Part shown: positions 39,101 to 53,118 of the stretch, in pieces | Layout: each line of letters begins with the position of its first letter | Numbering within the stretch: the first letter of the stretch is position 1 | Source of the DNA: Azolla caroliniana | Lineage: Eukaryota > Plantae > Polypodiophyta | Assembly: GCA_043228905.1 (NCBI GenBank) | Contig: JBHGNT010000005.1 | Location: 16,244,001-16,308,000, forward strand | Direction: 5' to 3' | Length of the DNA: 64,000 nucleotides | Notes under the pieces: model-generated | The model's database searches: none | What the model was told of the DNA's origin: nothing | The model's input: only the letters and a program-made list of their open reading frames with translations | Program-made: the position numbers and the translations under genes

Positions 39101-40337
39101 AGTGTAGGGAACGTCTGGATGCAGATGGTGCATACCTTGAAAGGGCGGTATGATGAAATTAAAGATGAGACAGATGTTGCAGTGTTGCAACACCTCAAAT
39201 TTATTGCCTATTGGAAGAAGGGCCCTTTTCTCACAATACAAATGCAAGCCCCATGTGGTGCTTAACACCACCAGTATGGTTGTTCCCATCGCCAATTACA
39301 TAACTAGGTTATTGAGTGGTGGAGTGATGATACTATCTATCCTTTAGGAATGGGGACCCATGGAAGAGTGCAACATACCAAGGGAAGCTTGACAATAGGT
39401 CAACATTATTGTAACAACTCTTATTAACTAATGAAAGGATATTTTTGGGGAAAAAAGAGAGAGTTGGCAACGACTCGCTCAAGCTTGAATTGAGCCATTA
39501 AACCATTTTAAAACGGTTTGGGGGTTCTGTTTGGCTCGGTTCAAGGTTGACCAACCTTAATCGGGTAGAGCTCGGTCTGGCAAGGGTCAAGTCGAACCAA
39601 ACTGTTTAATGCCAAATTAGTTAGTAAATAGGTTAAGGCTTAAATGGTTTGGCCAAACTAGTTTAGTGTTAATTGGTTTGACCAAACCGGTTAAGCCTTA
39701 ACTGGTTTAGGATTTGGTTCAGTTCAAGCTTGAAAACTCTCAAACCTGTTAAGGCTTAACCGGATTGGTTTGGCAAGGCCAAATCGGTTAAGCCGAAACC
39801 AAATTGTTGCAAATTCCTAATAATAAGCGTAACATAAGAGGTTACAAACATATATAACTTGAATGGTTTAAATGTTGAGTGCACTTTTCCCTTTTGAAAT
39901 AAAGTGTGCCAATTAAAGGCTGCACACCAATCAACCAAAATTTATGGGTATCCAGAAGATCATCGACCCCTTTTTGGGAATTGAGAACTCATGTTCAAAT
40001 AGCTAATGTAAGTTAATTGATTATGCACATATGTTCCTACATTGGTTTTTAGGTTTAAGAAGGCCCTTGGACATGGTTTCAAAAGCACACATCCCCGAGC
40101 ATTCTGATGAGGCACATTGGCATGGGTCATTATGAGGACACTCACATAGATGTGGGGCAGACGATGATTGGCCGTTCCAATGCTCATGTGGCACATGACC
40201 ATTGGTCATGGCCATCATCATCATTGCCATGCAAGCAAGTGGGCGGGCATACCGGTAGCCGCAACGGACATCGAATAGAAGCAAAAAAGAGTGGGGATCT
40301 AGATGGATGGGATGGGATGGGATGCAAACAAAGACAT

Positions 40338-40471
40338 GCATACATACATACATACATACATACATACATACATACATACATACACACATAGATGCATCCC
40401 ATCCACCCATCTCACGTTCATTCAATTCCAAAGAACTGTCGTCAAAATGACAGGCCTGAACATGACAAAAA

Positions 40472-40505
<34 letters not shown>
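40338..40505. repeat. (TACA)n and (GA)n microsatellites upstream of the ACX gene
   Basis: Directly visible. Confidence 0.9.
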
Positions 40506-40507
<2 letters not shown>

Positions 40508-40612
40508 TGTTCACCTAGTAAAGCAGGCAACAGAACACTCATTGAATTCTCTTCTTTCATTCTTCGTTCTCTCCCCTTACAGACCTACCTACCTACCCAT
40601 CATCTCTCCGAC

Positions 40613-43600
40613 ATGGCCAGCGGAGATGAACTCTCAGGAGAGAGGGCCAAGGCTGAATTCGATGTGGAATCCATGAAGATTTTGTGGGCAGGAGGAGCCC
40701 ATCACTTCAACATCTCCCAACGCATGGCTCACCTTGTCGCCAATGATCCTGTAAGCTCTCTAACTCTTGTTTCCCTTTCCTTTTTGCTCCTTTGATCATT
40801 TTTGCTCCTTAATATGCAATCGATTTGCTTGGGAGACAATGGAGTTTTCCTCCCTAGCTAGCGGAATTTGATTTGGTTGAGAGAAGTTGGGTGACCTTCT
40901 TTATATGGACGATGATGGATTGGTTGATTTTCTTCTGAGACAACGGAACATTTGTGCCTCTGGATTACAGATTGTTTTGTGAAACAATAGAATTTGTATT
41001 TCCGCATCATATGCCATTGTACTGAAAATGGATTTGATTGGAGGTAGAAAATGCCATTTTTTTATGACTTTGTTATATGAAAGTTTGGGATAAGGTGGTC
41101 CAGAAATCATATGTTCAATCCTTTGGAAGCAGGATTGTTTGAATATAAGACTAGGTAGGAATATGTGAAGATTCTGTTTCTGATTCCCGTATTCGGTTAT
41201 CCAGCCATTTGTTCATGGCTTCTTTCTACTTGCTTTGGAAAAATGGGTAAAATACTGGAAGTTCAGTCTAATTAATCCCGTGCAAATGTTATTGAATATA
41301 AGAAGCCTTCAGATTTGAGAAGTTAGTTTCAATGGCAGGTTTGAAATCAAATTAAGAAGCCTCACATTGTCTTGGAATGAATTCAAAGATCTGATTTCCG
41401 TTTACCACATCTATTCTCTTTTTGTTCATGAATTTTTATACTGGATTTTTCTACGGATTTTCTAGATCTCAAGAGAAAATCCCCAGAAAACTGATGTTGA
41501 TTCTATTCTTGAAGTGTTTTTACATTTCATTACTTCTGATAGATTTTTATAGAAGTTTAAAGTCTTATGGGTGCTCTTTTTTTATGCCTTTTTTAGACTC
41601 AATTGCCTGGAATTTAAATAAACCCCATAGTTAACCTACATTAAAGCTATAAAATACTTGAAAAATCAAGTTAGCTGTGGGTTTTCCTCAATCTTTGGAA
41701 CTGATCTGGATATTCTGTTGTGTTCATGGTTAGGTTTTCTGTAAAGATGACAGAGTAAGGTTAAGCCGGAAAGAGCTTTTCAAGAACACCCTACGGAAAT
41801 CTGCACATGCATGGGAATTAATCCAGAGATTGCATTTAACAGGTATGATGTATATATTCTGAAACTAAAGTTTGACGTTTGTATGATGTGATGGAAGTAA
41901 GGTTGCATTTTGTGTTGCAGAGGAAGAAGCAATCAAGCTAAGGATTTTTATCGATGAGCCATCATATACAGACCTACATTTTGTATGTATGGTCAACTAG
42001 AATTATGATCAATAAGTTTTAGAAATGCATCTACTAAACCATATTTTCCGTAATCATTTGATTAGGGTATGTTCATACCTGCAATAAAGGGTCAGGGTAC
42101 CGAGGCCCAGCAAAAGAAATGGTTGCCTCTTGCCAATAGGCAGGCAATTATTGGATGTTATGCACAAACTGAGCTCGGTCATGGCTCAAATGTGCAGGGG
42201 CTAGAGACAACTGCTACATTTGACCCTGCAACTGACGAGTTTATAGTTCACAGCCCAACATTGACAGCCACCAAGGTTAGACGTTTTATGTTTTCGGGCT
42301 GTTCAAGACATGGGTCTGACTATTTGCCTCCTTGCTTGTTGAATATAATATTTGTACCTACAAAAAATAACCAAATCTTTAAAAAAGAGATCTGTGAACA
42401 TATTGTTCTATGATCTATCATTAACAGCAGTACTGAATTCGACCTTTATGTATGTTATGAACAGTGATGGCCTGGGGACTTAAAGAAAAAATATAAACTT
42501 CCTTGTGTCGAGATATGTGAATATTTGGTCCTATGATCTATCATTACTCACTTCGATCTTTATGTTGATTTATGAACAGTGGTGGCCTGGGGGACTAGGA
42601 AAAGTTTCAACACATGCGCTTATTTATGCACGCCTACTAACTGATGGGAATGATTATGGTGTACATGGTAATACATTCTTCAAAGAGGATGGAGAGAATA
42701 TTTGGACACAAAAGTAAGTTTTAGGTCAAAATTTGAATTTCTTTCTATGGTATATACAGCTTTTATTATTCAAATCCGTAGTCTTGAGGATCATCAGCCT
42801 CAACCTGGAGTTACAGTTGCTGACATTGGTGTGAAGTTTGGGAATGGAGCATATAACACAATGGACAATGGCCTTCTTCGCTTCGATCATGTTCGGATTC
42901 CTCGAGAGAACATGCTTATGAGGTTTGATTTCTACAACTTATTACCTAAGGATTGGAGGGCCTTGAGTGGTTTGGGAGCTTGCCCTAGGAGTTCAACTCC
43001 TGCTAGATTGGTAATTGCAATTGGGGTTGTATCATGCAATCCCCTCCACATAAAGGTTAAAAAAAACATAAGGATCGAGTAAAAGAGTAGGATTTACAAT
43101 CAGGGCAAACTAGTGGATTCTGTCCCGTTGAGATCTGTAATACGAATTGGGCTGTATTACTTTGATTGCCGTGAGAGTTTAACTCAATTAAGTCCACCTC
43201 TTGCAGGTTAGCATCTGTTACAAAGGAGGGGAAATACGTGAAATCTAATGTACCCAGGCAATTGGCTTATGGTGCAATGGTCTTTGTGCGGAAGTCAATC
43301 GTGACAGAGGCCTCTAATTACCTTTCAAGAGCAGTCACAATAGCAGTGAGATATAGTGCTGTGAGGCGCCAATTTGGAACTGAAGAAGGAAAGCCTGAAA
43401 CACAGGTGATTTTCTGGTTATGTATATGTTATATAAATCAATACAGGAAGGAAGCCTTCATATTCTATTATTATTTTCTCAACTTCTTTGTAACTTAATT
43501 GTTGAGAATGAGAATTAGAGGTGAATCTTAGCTCATGCAAAGTTATTAGTTTCAATGTATGTATAGTTTGGTAGTAATTATATATCTATTTTCGTTTAAG

Positions 43601-46600
43601 ATGTTGGATTATAAGTCTGTGCGAGAAATAATAGAGAGTTGAAGCTTAGGCTATATGAAGATATAGTTCTAATGTACATAAGGTTTGGAAAGAAATATAG
43701 GCTTATGTTTGTTCTAGGTGATCGATTATATAACACAACAAAGTCGGCTTTTCCCACTCCTCGCAACTGCATATGCATATCGGTTTCTTGGGGAATGGAT
43801 GACATGGTTGTATGCGGATGTTATGAATCGCTTAGAGAACAAAGATTTCACAACTTTAGCTGAAGTACATGCCTGTACTGCAGGCTTGAAATCTGTAACA
43901 ACATCAACAACAGCTGTAAGTTCATATATATATATATATATATTCAATACATCGACTATACATACATACAGACATGGGCACACACATAATCACATGAATC
44001 CATACATGTGCACGATTGTGTTTCGATGCAACATCCCTGGATTCAGATCAGGTATTCATTGTGGTTTTGGAAAATCAGGATGCAATAGAAGAATGTAGAA
44101 AGCTTTGTGGAGGACATGGATACCTATGTGCTAGTGGGCTTCCAGAACTCTACGCTGCTTATGTACCTGCTTGCACATACGAGGGCGACAACATCATCCT
44201 TTTACTACAAGTGAGATTTTTGTGATGAAATGACTTAATAAAACTTGGAAAGAGTAGAAACATTGTGGAAGCAAATCCTTCGTTGGACAGGTTGCAAGAT
44301 TTCTGATGAAGACCGTTGCTCAATTAGCATCAGGGAAGAAACCGCCCTCTGGTACAGCTGCTTACCTGGCTAATGTGGAAACTTTGTCGACTGAAGATTG
44401 CAAAGTAACCAAAGGTATGGATTGACATGCCTCATATCTCTAACTATAAAAGGTTCTTGTTACCCTTTCGATTATTTGAAACTTTGTTTATGATTTCCAT
44501 GACTTCAAAATTTCTAGGAAGTGATTGGCTGGAACCAGCTGCACTGAGACATGCTTTTGAGGCACGGTCCGCTCGCCTTACAGTTCGTTGTGCTACTCAG
44601 GTTGCATCTGCGACGAGCCCTGAAGCAGGTTGTCCATGGCTTGTTATTTGAAATATAGAAAGACAGAAAGGAATATTAACATCTTTTAAAAGGCCAGAAT
44701 GGCCAATAAGGTCAAACAAGAGTTTACATTTTAAGTGTTATCTCGTATTTGAGAAAAACAAATCAAAATAAATAAATGTTAATGCTGAGTAAAAAAAGTA
44801 AATAAGATAAAAAGAGACTAAAGAATCTTGTTACTGGTAACATGTAAGATTCTCAAGTCAGATATATTGTAACTTTTGTCCTTGAAAGATCTCTAGCACA
44901 GGTCAATCCAAAATGGAGAGATCTCCGAAGCGAGGGAAGCACCTGCAATGGTGGGAGGTAATGGCCTTTAGCTGTCAATGACAATGGTGGCGAAATCGTG
45001 GTTCATGGGGCTGGGGCCTACGTGCATGAAAAATTGCTATTGCCCGATAGATTGTAACCCCTTTATTATGTTCTGGTCTGGAGCCGATTTCTGTAGCCCT
45101 TGATTGACTTGTAGCATGAGTAGGGGTGATGGGGCTAAAGAAAGTTGTGATTGTTCTTTGTTGATGAGCTTGTGTGACTGTACTGTTGTACTTCAACAAC
45201 TTTTCCCTGTGTCGCTTGATTTCTAGTAAGAAAAGTCCTTAGCATTTTTGACCCTCATGTTCCATGTTTAGTCAGTTGTTTTAATGACATTAGTGCTACC
45301 CTGAGCTCCCGAAGCTGTTATATACAGATCACTGATCATAATAACGCCTTGATGATTATAGGGGCTGCTCCCATTGGGGCACCGATGCTTTGCTCCTTAT
45401 CATGTGGGCAATCATTGAAACTAAAAGTTTCTCTAAATCTTTCCAGTTATTTGCCTTATTAAGACTGTTGCCACATTTCTACTCCATAGAGAAGAATTGG
45501 TGTCACAAGTTTATCAAATAGCGACAGTTTTGTTCCTAGTTCTTGGAACTTTTAATGTGCACATTGTCTTTTGAGAGTACCAAGGGCTGCATATGCATGG
45601 GAAAGTTGGCACAAGCAGCATTGTGTGAGAACCTAGGCCCCATAAATGTTACTGCTTGGTATGTATATGCCACCTTTTCCTCTCCAAAGAAGAATTCTGG
45701 TTTTGATCTTTTTATCCATGCTTGCATGGTGTTAAACACCATCACTTTAGTTTTATCCATGTTTATTGACAAACACTTGTGCACCCGTACGAAACACTTT
45801 TAAGGCATTTAGATGTCTTTGTAGTTCCTCCAAAGAGTCAGAAATCAGCACAATATCATCAGCATATTGTAACATGTGTATAGCTATACCCACTAGGCAT
45901 GTTTCCGAATCTTTCTATGTAGTATGATACCTCATTTACATAGAGACTGAAGAGAGTGGGTGATAGTGGGCCTCTTTGTTTTACTCAATTATGCTAGCCA
46001 CACCCTTTGACAAACCGTTGGGAGACCGCACATTCCCTAACATGGATTCATACAGTGCATCGATTCCCCATTGCATATCTATAGGGACACCAAAGCCTAC
46101 TAGCCATTGTGTAAGCCGAGCACGTGCCAGTGTGAAAGGCTTTTTGGAAATCCACAAAGCAGGAATAAATCCTCCTATTATGGGATCTTCCCTCCTCGAT
46201 AAGGGCTCGGAGGGTCAATATGTGATCCAAAGTTGTGAACCCCTTCCGAAAGCCTGCCTGTCCAGCTGAACGGCGGCCATTTCGCTACACCCATATACTC
46301 AACTCCAGGATTGAGCCAGAAAGTTTAGCCAAGTAATGGCCAATCATGATTGTCCTATAGTTTCTCGGAGTCTTGGGTCTCCACTCTTGAGGATTGGCAG
46401 AATGGTATGTTCTGTCCATCTAGTAGGGAAACCTTAACTCATAGCTCTATTAAATATGTGTTCTAGCAATGGGAGCAAGATGTCCTAGGTCTACATCCAG
46501 AGTACGTATATGCAGATGGTTGTCAAGGAACTAGTGGATCCTCCATATAATACCAGTTAATGCCTAGGATCCATGTCTAGACCATAGAAATGAAGGTGAG

Positions 46601-46721
46601 CCTAATTGATCCTAGATCTATGTCCAGGCCACAGCTATCATGACTATGGATGGTTGTCCATGAGCTAATACTTATGACTGGATTTGTAAGCCTAGAGTTT
46701 CTTGCTTTATGAATGAATGAA

Positions 46722-46752
<31 letters not shown>

Positions 46753-47625
46753 AAAGAAACTAAGTACCTAAATAGAAAAATAATAAATAACTTCATGGTT
46801 GTGAATTTTATATCTAGAAAAATTAACATTTGGGGATTGGCAGGATTTGCTGAGTTGTCCTCAGAGCTGATTAATGCAGCCCGGGCACATTGTGAGCTGA
46901 TCATAGTCACAAAGTAGGTACAATGCGATTGTTGATATGGTACGATGTATTCTTTTATCTTAAGGGGGTGGGTGATATCCTTCTCGGTTTTAGGTTCTTG
47001 GAGGCTCTGAAGAGAGACATATCAGGAAGAGGGGTTGAAAGGCAGCTCCAACTTTTGTGCAACACGTATGCACTGTCGTTGGTAGATTCCCATGCTGGAG
47101 ACTTTCTTTTGACAGGGTATCTAACTAGTGAACAAGTTGATCTAGCAAAATGTCAACTAAGGAACCTTTTTGCTCAGGTGTGTTCACAATGTTCAATATA
47201 TACATATAGAATGAGAACTTTCTGCAAACATTTATAGCCTTATGAAAGCAAATATCAAGTGTTGGTGAATCTTTATGTTTCACACCATAAGATTCTGATA
47301 TAAATAAGAAAAATGGATTACAGAAAAGATTATTAACTTGAGTATGTACTTATGTCTACAATTTATATTGTCTCATATTCGCGTACAAATTTCATTGTTA
47401 ATGATTCAGATACGTCCAAATGCGGTATCATTGGTTGATTCCTTCGACTATACAGATCACTACCTAGGCTCTGCCTTAGGTCGCTATGATGGCAATGTTT
47501 ATAGCACATTGTACAAGGAGGCTTGGAAGGATCCCTTGAATGAACTGCCTGTCACGGAAGGTTACAATGAGTTCATTAGGCCAATATTAATGAAAGGGCT
47601 CCAACTTTCTCAATCTAGAATGTGA
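40613..47625 (+). CDS. ACX1: Peroxisomal acyl-CoA oxidase, ACX1/5 type, 14 exons, 667 aa
   Basis: Exons 40613-40750, 41734-41842, 41921-41982, 42066-42275, 42580-42667, 42760-42922, 43207-43405, 43718-43915, 44079-44210, 44291-44414, 44518-44628, 46844-46913, 46994-47177, 47410-47625. All introns GT-AG; total 2004 nt in frame. Motifs [41 protein letters not shown]; PTS1 SRM. Confidence 0.95.
42954..43066 (+). mobile_element. Possible short tRNA-derived SINE in ACX intron 6
   Basis: A-box-like GGCCTTGAGTGG, B-box-like GAGTTCAACTCC, A8 tail, flanking direct repeat ACCTAAGGAT/ACATAAGGAT. Confidence 0.45.
45150..46490 (-). mobile_element. Degraded RTE-like LINE reverse transcriptase in ACX intron 11
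   Basis: [12 protein letters not shown]...CFVDFQKAF; [10 protein letters not shown]; INMDKTKVM. Boundaries approximate. Confidence 0.8.
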
Positions 47626-49535
47626 AAGAATGACACCCTTACATTACTTGTGTAAATCAAAAATCCTTTCTACTTGGATGGGACTAATAATTTTACCTCA
47701 AGATTAAAGCTTGGAAAAGGTGGATAGTCAAATGAAATAGTGTCATTATTATTAAATGTGAATGCTGATGTCATTTTTATATTTCGTTATTAGCTTGGAA
47801 AAGGTGGATATAAGCTTATTTTTATACTTCGTTATTATTAAATGTGAATGCTGATGTTGAAAAAATAGTGTCATTCTCTTGTGTTGAGCTACATGCTTTT
47901 CGTTGCGAGTTGTTTGGCTATGGAACCATGCAACACTAATGATGTGTCTTGATGGCACGATCTTTTGGGATTCGTCATGATTCATGAGAATTTGGATCAA
48001 ACAGCTTCAAGACATGATTCTATGTTTTGCATACTTCGAAGGATCCTTTTGACAGGCCATAATCATAAGCAAGGTACTCTTCTTGCGGATTCACATCAAC
48101 ATGCATTGTCTTATTCCCTGTTTTGCTAGACCATACAAAGTGGCATGTTTTCTTTTGTGAGAACCTTTCCAACATCATATTGAAATATTCGAAGGGATTC
48201 TGAGCCAATATAGAAATTTAGGAACAGTGTGAAGAATCACACTATTAGAGAACTTCTTAAAGGTAGTGTTAAATTGGATTATTTTCAATTAACAACCTTT
48301 TGTCATTATTTCTAAAAGCATATGAAACAATATGTACACAAATGGACAAGTTCATTTTTGACTCTCGTGAATGATTTATCTCTATTTTGATAGCACAAGC
48401 TCAAAATTGTTATGATAATGCTAAAGGATTGGTACTTGTCATTTTCATCACGCTTATAGAAGAGATAAGTGTTAGAGAATGGTATGTACATGGCTGTAAA
48501 ACTTTGCCAAATGTATGTACATGGAATATGTAAATTGTAGCACATTTGATTTGTGAGGTTTGGTTCAATAATCTTTTCCGAGCATAAGAAGAACATAAAC
48601 TGCTCCTATTTTGTCCACATATGAAGGCACTAATGGTGCAGTTGCTACAATTGGACAATCCCCTAAAATTCAACAACAAAGATGGGATTCTTGTGATGCA
48701 TAAGCATTAGCTCTTATAGCTCTTTCTTAAAAAGGTTTGTCATTTCATCATATAGTAAATATTCAGTTACGTTTGTCCGATTAAGTGCGCCATTCTATTG
48801 GTTGTGTTTTTTCTATAGGCCAAAATCCAAATAAAAATATTTACACTCTGTCATGAGAAAATTGATGGAATTATATTCACTCCTAGTTACAATACTTTCC
48901 TGGGACCAAAAAATAGCTACCATACTTCACTAAAACTCCAACAATTCTCTTTGGAACAAAAGATTGAACCTTGAAAGTTTGTACACCGAAGGTAGACTTC
49001 CCAATATTTCTAACAAGCTATAACTCACTACATTTAGGGAACTTTGTGTGTGTCAACTTCCTTGCACAAAACAAACTAATACTATCCAAACAGACAACTT
49101 GCATCTATATCTATGTTTCAAACATATACAATTTTGAATATATAGAATTTAGGCTAGAGGGCTTTCGATGTCAATGTACTAAAAAATAATGAACATTTTA
49201 AAACTCTAATTATACTCAAATTAAGGCTTACAAGAGTAGAAACATGATGAGGTATATTAAACCAAGTGAGGGTGTTCAAACCTAGATTATGCATTCCCAA
49301 TGAGAGCCTATAAAATACCCAAAAACTCCGAGAGATATAACACTCTACAATGCTCTACTTATATTGTGCTCCAAAAAAGTTTGTGGAATTTGATTTCAAA
49401 AGTTGCTTCGAACTTCCCCCATACTTGAGCTTGCTAGAGTTCTAATGAAAATTCCATCAAATCAAATTGAAACCATGTTCCAAACATTCAAAAACAATGA
49501 TATCATCAACAAAAATCAGATTTTTAAGTAGTTCT

Positions 49536-50061
49536 CTATTTCACACAAAAAACATGTAAGGTCATTTGCCTACTTTTAGCTATACACTTCGAAATAATGG
49601 AATAATTTGCCTCTTGAATGATTCTATGAGCACTCAATAAAGCTGATTTTACTTTCTTTGCTTTTTCTAGATCTAAATAAGTTGTTGTCATGATCAAATT
49701 GAGCATGAGTTCACTATAAATGACATGTTGCAACACTTCAAGAATAACCACATCTTCCTGTTGAGAATCAAACTCAACTTCCCTAGTGTGGGAACACACC
49801 TTAGGAGCATCCAAGTGTGTGAATACCCCACCACTTTGTATCATAACTAGTGTGTCATAGAAGTTAATTCTTATGACATATAGTTAGTAGGCAGTTGAGA
49901 CATCACCTCTTTCTTAAGTGGTAGCAGTAGTGAGAGCGTATAGAGAGAAGGTGACTACATAAGCACCTTCTCCTCTTCTTTGTAAAAGTGTTGTTGGTCA
50001 TTCTTGTTAATATACAATTTTCTAGTTTTATGTATACTTGTGTTTCTCACTCTCTCTCTCT

Positions 50062-50098
<37 letters not shown>

Positions 50099-50700
50099 CA
50101 CTTCCGCTGCACAAAATCGTTTCCGATTCTTTACACTTCCCTTAAACCTCCATGCATATGTTGCATATCAACAAGCTCATAATTTGGATTTACGTTTTCA
50201 TCATATGCAAGTGGTTCATTGGCATTGGAAGCTTGTGCTATAACTTCATTAATCTCTTCAAGGAGATTTTAATAAAGTTTTCTTTATTGATTTGCATCTA
50301 TATTGACACATTCCATGATTTCATCTCAAATTTAATCTACATTGTGTGCATTTTCAAACAAATTGCAGTTACATAACAAAGCAACAAGATCATTAATGCA
50401 TTCATCTAATAATGAGATTGATAACATCTAACAAATGTGTTGACTTTCAAAACACTAAACCAATAGAAGCTCAATGTATCTTGGAATTAATAAAAAAGAA
50501 AAACATGTTTCATCCATATTGTAAACCGATCTAGGATCATACTTATTGACTATTGCATAGAGCCTTTCCAAAGAGGCCAACAATTCAGGGTTATTTTGAT
50601 CAATTGCCCCCCCTTCACCATACAAACTCACACTATTCAAACATTTGTGATGACAAATTTTCTAGAACAACCCTAAGTTTCCTTTAAATCATCACCAGAA
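49536..50700 (-). pseudogene. pogo/Tigger-like (CENP-B/DDE_1) transposase remnant
   Basis: YDPRSVYNMDETCF resembles the N.DETG motif; C-terminal-like fragment ending RQMTLHVF. Confidence 0.55.
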
Positions 50701-50769
50701 ATATTCATTTGTGTAGTCAATCATCAAGCCTTCATCTAATAACTAAATTATAGAATCAAGAAAATTAAA

Positions 50770-51060
50770 GTGTTTCGATTCAATGGTGACCTTAGCATTA
50801 TGTAAGAGGATTCTTAAGGTTCAACAATCCCATACATCATGGTTCCTTCAGAAGGCATTATTAAAGGAGTTTGAAGATAAGGGTGTGACAAGAACAAGTA
50901 AATCCGAGTTTGACAAATGGCTTGCAACCAAGAAAACCTTGAAAGTGCTATGATGAGATTCCTTGAGTTTCAATGTCGCTTCACTCAACTATCGGGACAA
51001 GCTCAAAGATTGGTGGGGGTGAACAAGGTGCCAATGTTCTTGAAGTCTGTTGATCATGAT
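50770..51060 (+). pseudogene. Degraded gag fragment of the B/C lineage
   Basis: FLEFQCRFTQLSGQAQRLVGVNKVPMFLKS aligns with B FLEFEHRLAQLSEREQRLVGEDKVLMFVKS. Confidence 0.75.
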
Positions 51061-51079
51061 TGTAAAAAGAATAGCATAT

Positions 51080-51420
51080 GCAGAAGCTAATATAGAACCA
51101 TAGCTGGCTAGCCGGACAACAGAAGACAGTTAGGTAAAACACAGAAGATGGATAATACATAGTATGTGGAGAGAGAGAGAGCATGCAACAAAATTATATT
51201 AAAAAATAATAACACTCTATACAAGATGATGTGCTCACTGAGCACCTTTTATACAAGTCCTCCAAAGGACTGACACAAGTACTGACTAGTACTTCAATGC
51301 TCATAAAAGAGCTACTGACACTAACCACCTAAAATATTCCTATTACTAAAAATAGGAATATAGGCCATAACGGCTTGCCAGCTTCTTCAACCGCTCAAGC
51401 ATTCTGCTTCTCCAACCGAT
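51080..51420 (-). mobile_element. LTR remnant related to the Copia H LTR
   Basis: Shares AATAATAACACTCTATAC, TTTTATACAAGTCC and AGTACTTCAATGCTCATA with 24470-24570. Confidence 0.65.
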
Positions 51421-51494
51421 CCTCCTACCTGACTTGATTGCTATGGGCATGCCCATATCCCGTGGTAAGTTTTACCGTAGTATTCTATACACAT

Positions 51495-53118
51495 TGTCGT
51501 GCCTTTTGGCTCCGGATCATTGCGTGAGTTGGGTGGGAACCACTGAGGTTTTGGACTAGGAGAAAAGAAAATTCTAAGGCAATTAAGAATATGAAATATA
51601 TTGTAAGAAAGAAAGATATGAAAAACTCGTGAATCCCACGAGTATAGTGTATTAGTGAGTACTCAGATTAAGAGAGAAAAATAGTTAGCAAATTCATGAA
51701 TCCCACGAATATATTATATTAATCAACCCTTGTAAAATAATCAACAACACCATACATCTTTCTCTCCTCCTTATATAAAGATGGAAGAGGCTAAGCATAG
51801 CTTCATGCTTTTTCTAAAGTGTTCATGCACAATAAATGTGCATGAGTTGCTTTTTACACTATGCTTTTATTTCCTAAATATAGTGCTCATGCTCGCTAGA
51901 TGTGCACGAGTAATATTTTATTGGTTTACATTTTTCTTATAAATAAAGTATTCACGCACTCTAAAAATGCATGACTTACCTTTTTAATAAAGGTAGGCGT
52001 AAATAAAGGTCTTATAGGTATTAAATCTATATTTAGAATACTAAGGATAAGTTAGTACAATGGTAAGGTTGGGGTTTGTCTACAGGGAGGTATAGGGTTT
52101 GAATCTTGCCCTATGCATGTAATAAATATTTTATTTTATTTATTATACGTACTTTAAATCAGATATAGTATTTTACATATTTCACGTAGTGTGTGATTCA
52201 CACTACAACACTCGCCCCCTCCGAACTCGCACATCCTCCGGTATGTGCCGAAGTCCCCGATGCTTGCTATTCACCTTCATCCGAAGCTTCCTCCGATTCT
52301 CTCCTTAAGTTGACTATGAGTTGTAATCCACTTTCTTCACTTTCCGCATCATCGCGATCTTCGTTCGATTGCTCCTCCTTGTCGGTCTTGTCTAGGATCA
52401 CATAGGGTTCTTCATCAGTCCACTTCTTGAAAATCTTCACCCGTTTCCCAGCTATAGGCACTCGAAGCATTGTTCCATCCAACTCGCATAGTCGGTAAGT
52501 TCCGTTGTTGAAAACTTTCCGAACCTCGTATGGCCCGAACCACCTTTTCGCGAACTTCCGCATCGTTGTATGTTGATGATCCAAACTACTGTCGTAGATA
52601 ATCACCCAATCTCCTTCTTCAATCTTCCGCGGTTGTAGTCGGTGCTTTGTGTCGAACCGGCTTTTATTCCGGAATCGCGCTTCTTGTTGTCGGCGTATTG
52701 CTTACGCCATGCCATGTCTTCCGGTCTTCCCTCTAGTTGTCGTATCTGGACCGCTAGTAGTTCTTCCCGGCTCATCTCTTCCTTCCATGGTAGCACTGTC
52801 CATGTCGTGATCGCGGTTTCCGTTGGCATTACCGGTGCTTGTCCGGTCATGAGTTCTGCCGGCATGTAACCGGTTACGGAGCTATGCGTCGTCCGATCCA
52901 CCCATAGTGCATACGGAAGCATCTGCGGCCAATCCTTCACCCTTCCATCACATGCCTTCGCAAGTGCTTTGACGATCGGACTATGTCCTCGTTCGATCTT
53001 CCCGTTGGCTTCCGGATTGTATGCCATTGTCAGTGTTAACTGAACTCCATGTTTGGCGAAGAATCCCCTAACTTTGTCAGAGTCAAGTTCTCCCCGATCC
53101 GCAATCACTTGTCCTATG
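51495..53118 (-). mobile_element. 3' end of Gypsy element F (integrase C-terminus, PPT, 3' LTR 51495-52210)
   Basis: LTR and PPT block similar to B; integrase IADRGELD...YNPEANGKIERGH...WFGPYEV; flank ACAT; interrupted by G at 53119. Confidence 0.9.

Larger units (their letters stand above)
26045..39300 (+). mobile_element. L1-like LINE 3' end (26045-26222 plus 38896-~39300), split by Copia J
   Basis: zf-RVT motif C..ETWKHCLWEC...QVW; reading resumes after the J TSD with WFI*TARCSKVF. Confidence 0.65.

Noticed and set aside
39475-39810. Possible MITE or DNA-transposon end with AACCG/GGTTT repeats
   Set aside because: No TIR or TSD pair could be defined by eye.
40021-40560. 179-aa minus-strand ORF
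   Set aside because: Product of microsatellites in the ACX promoter.
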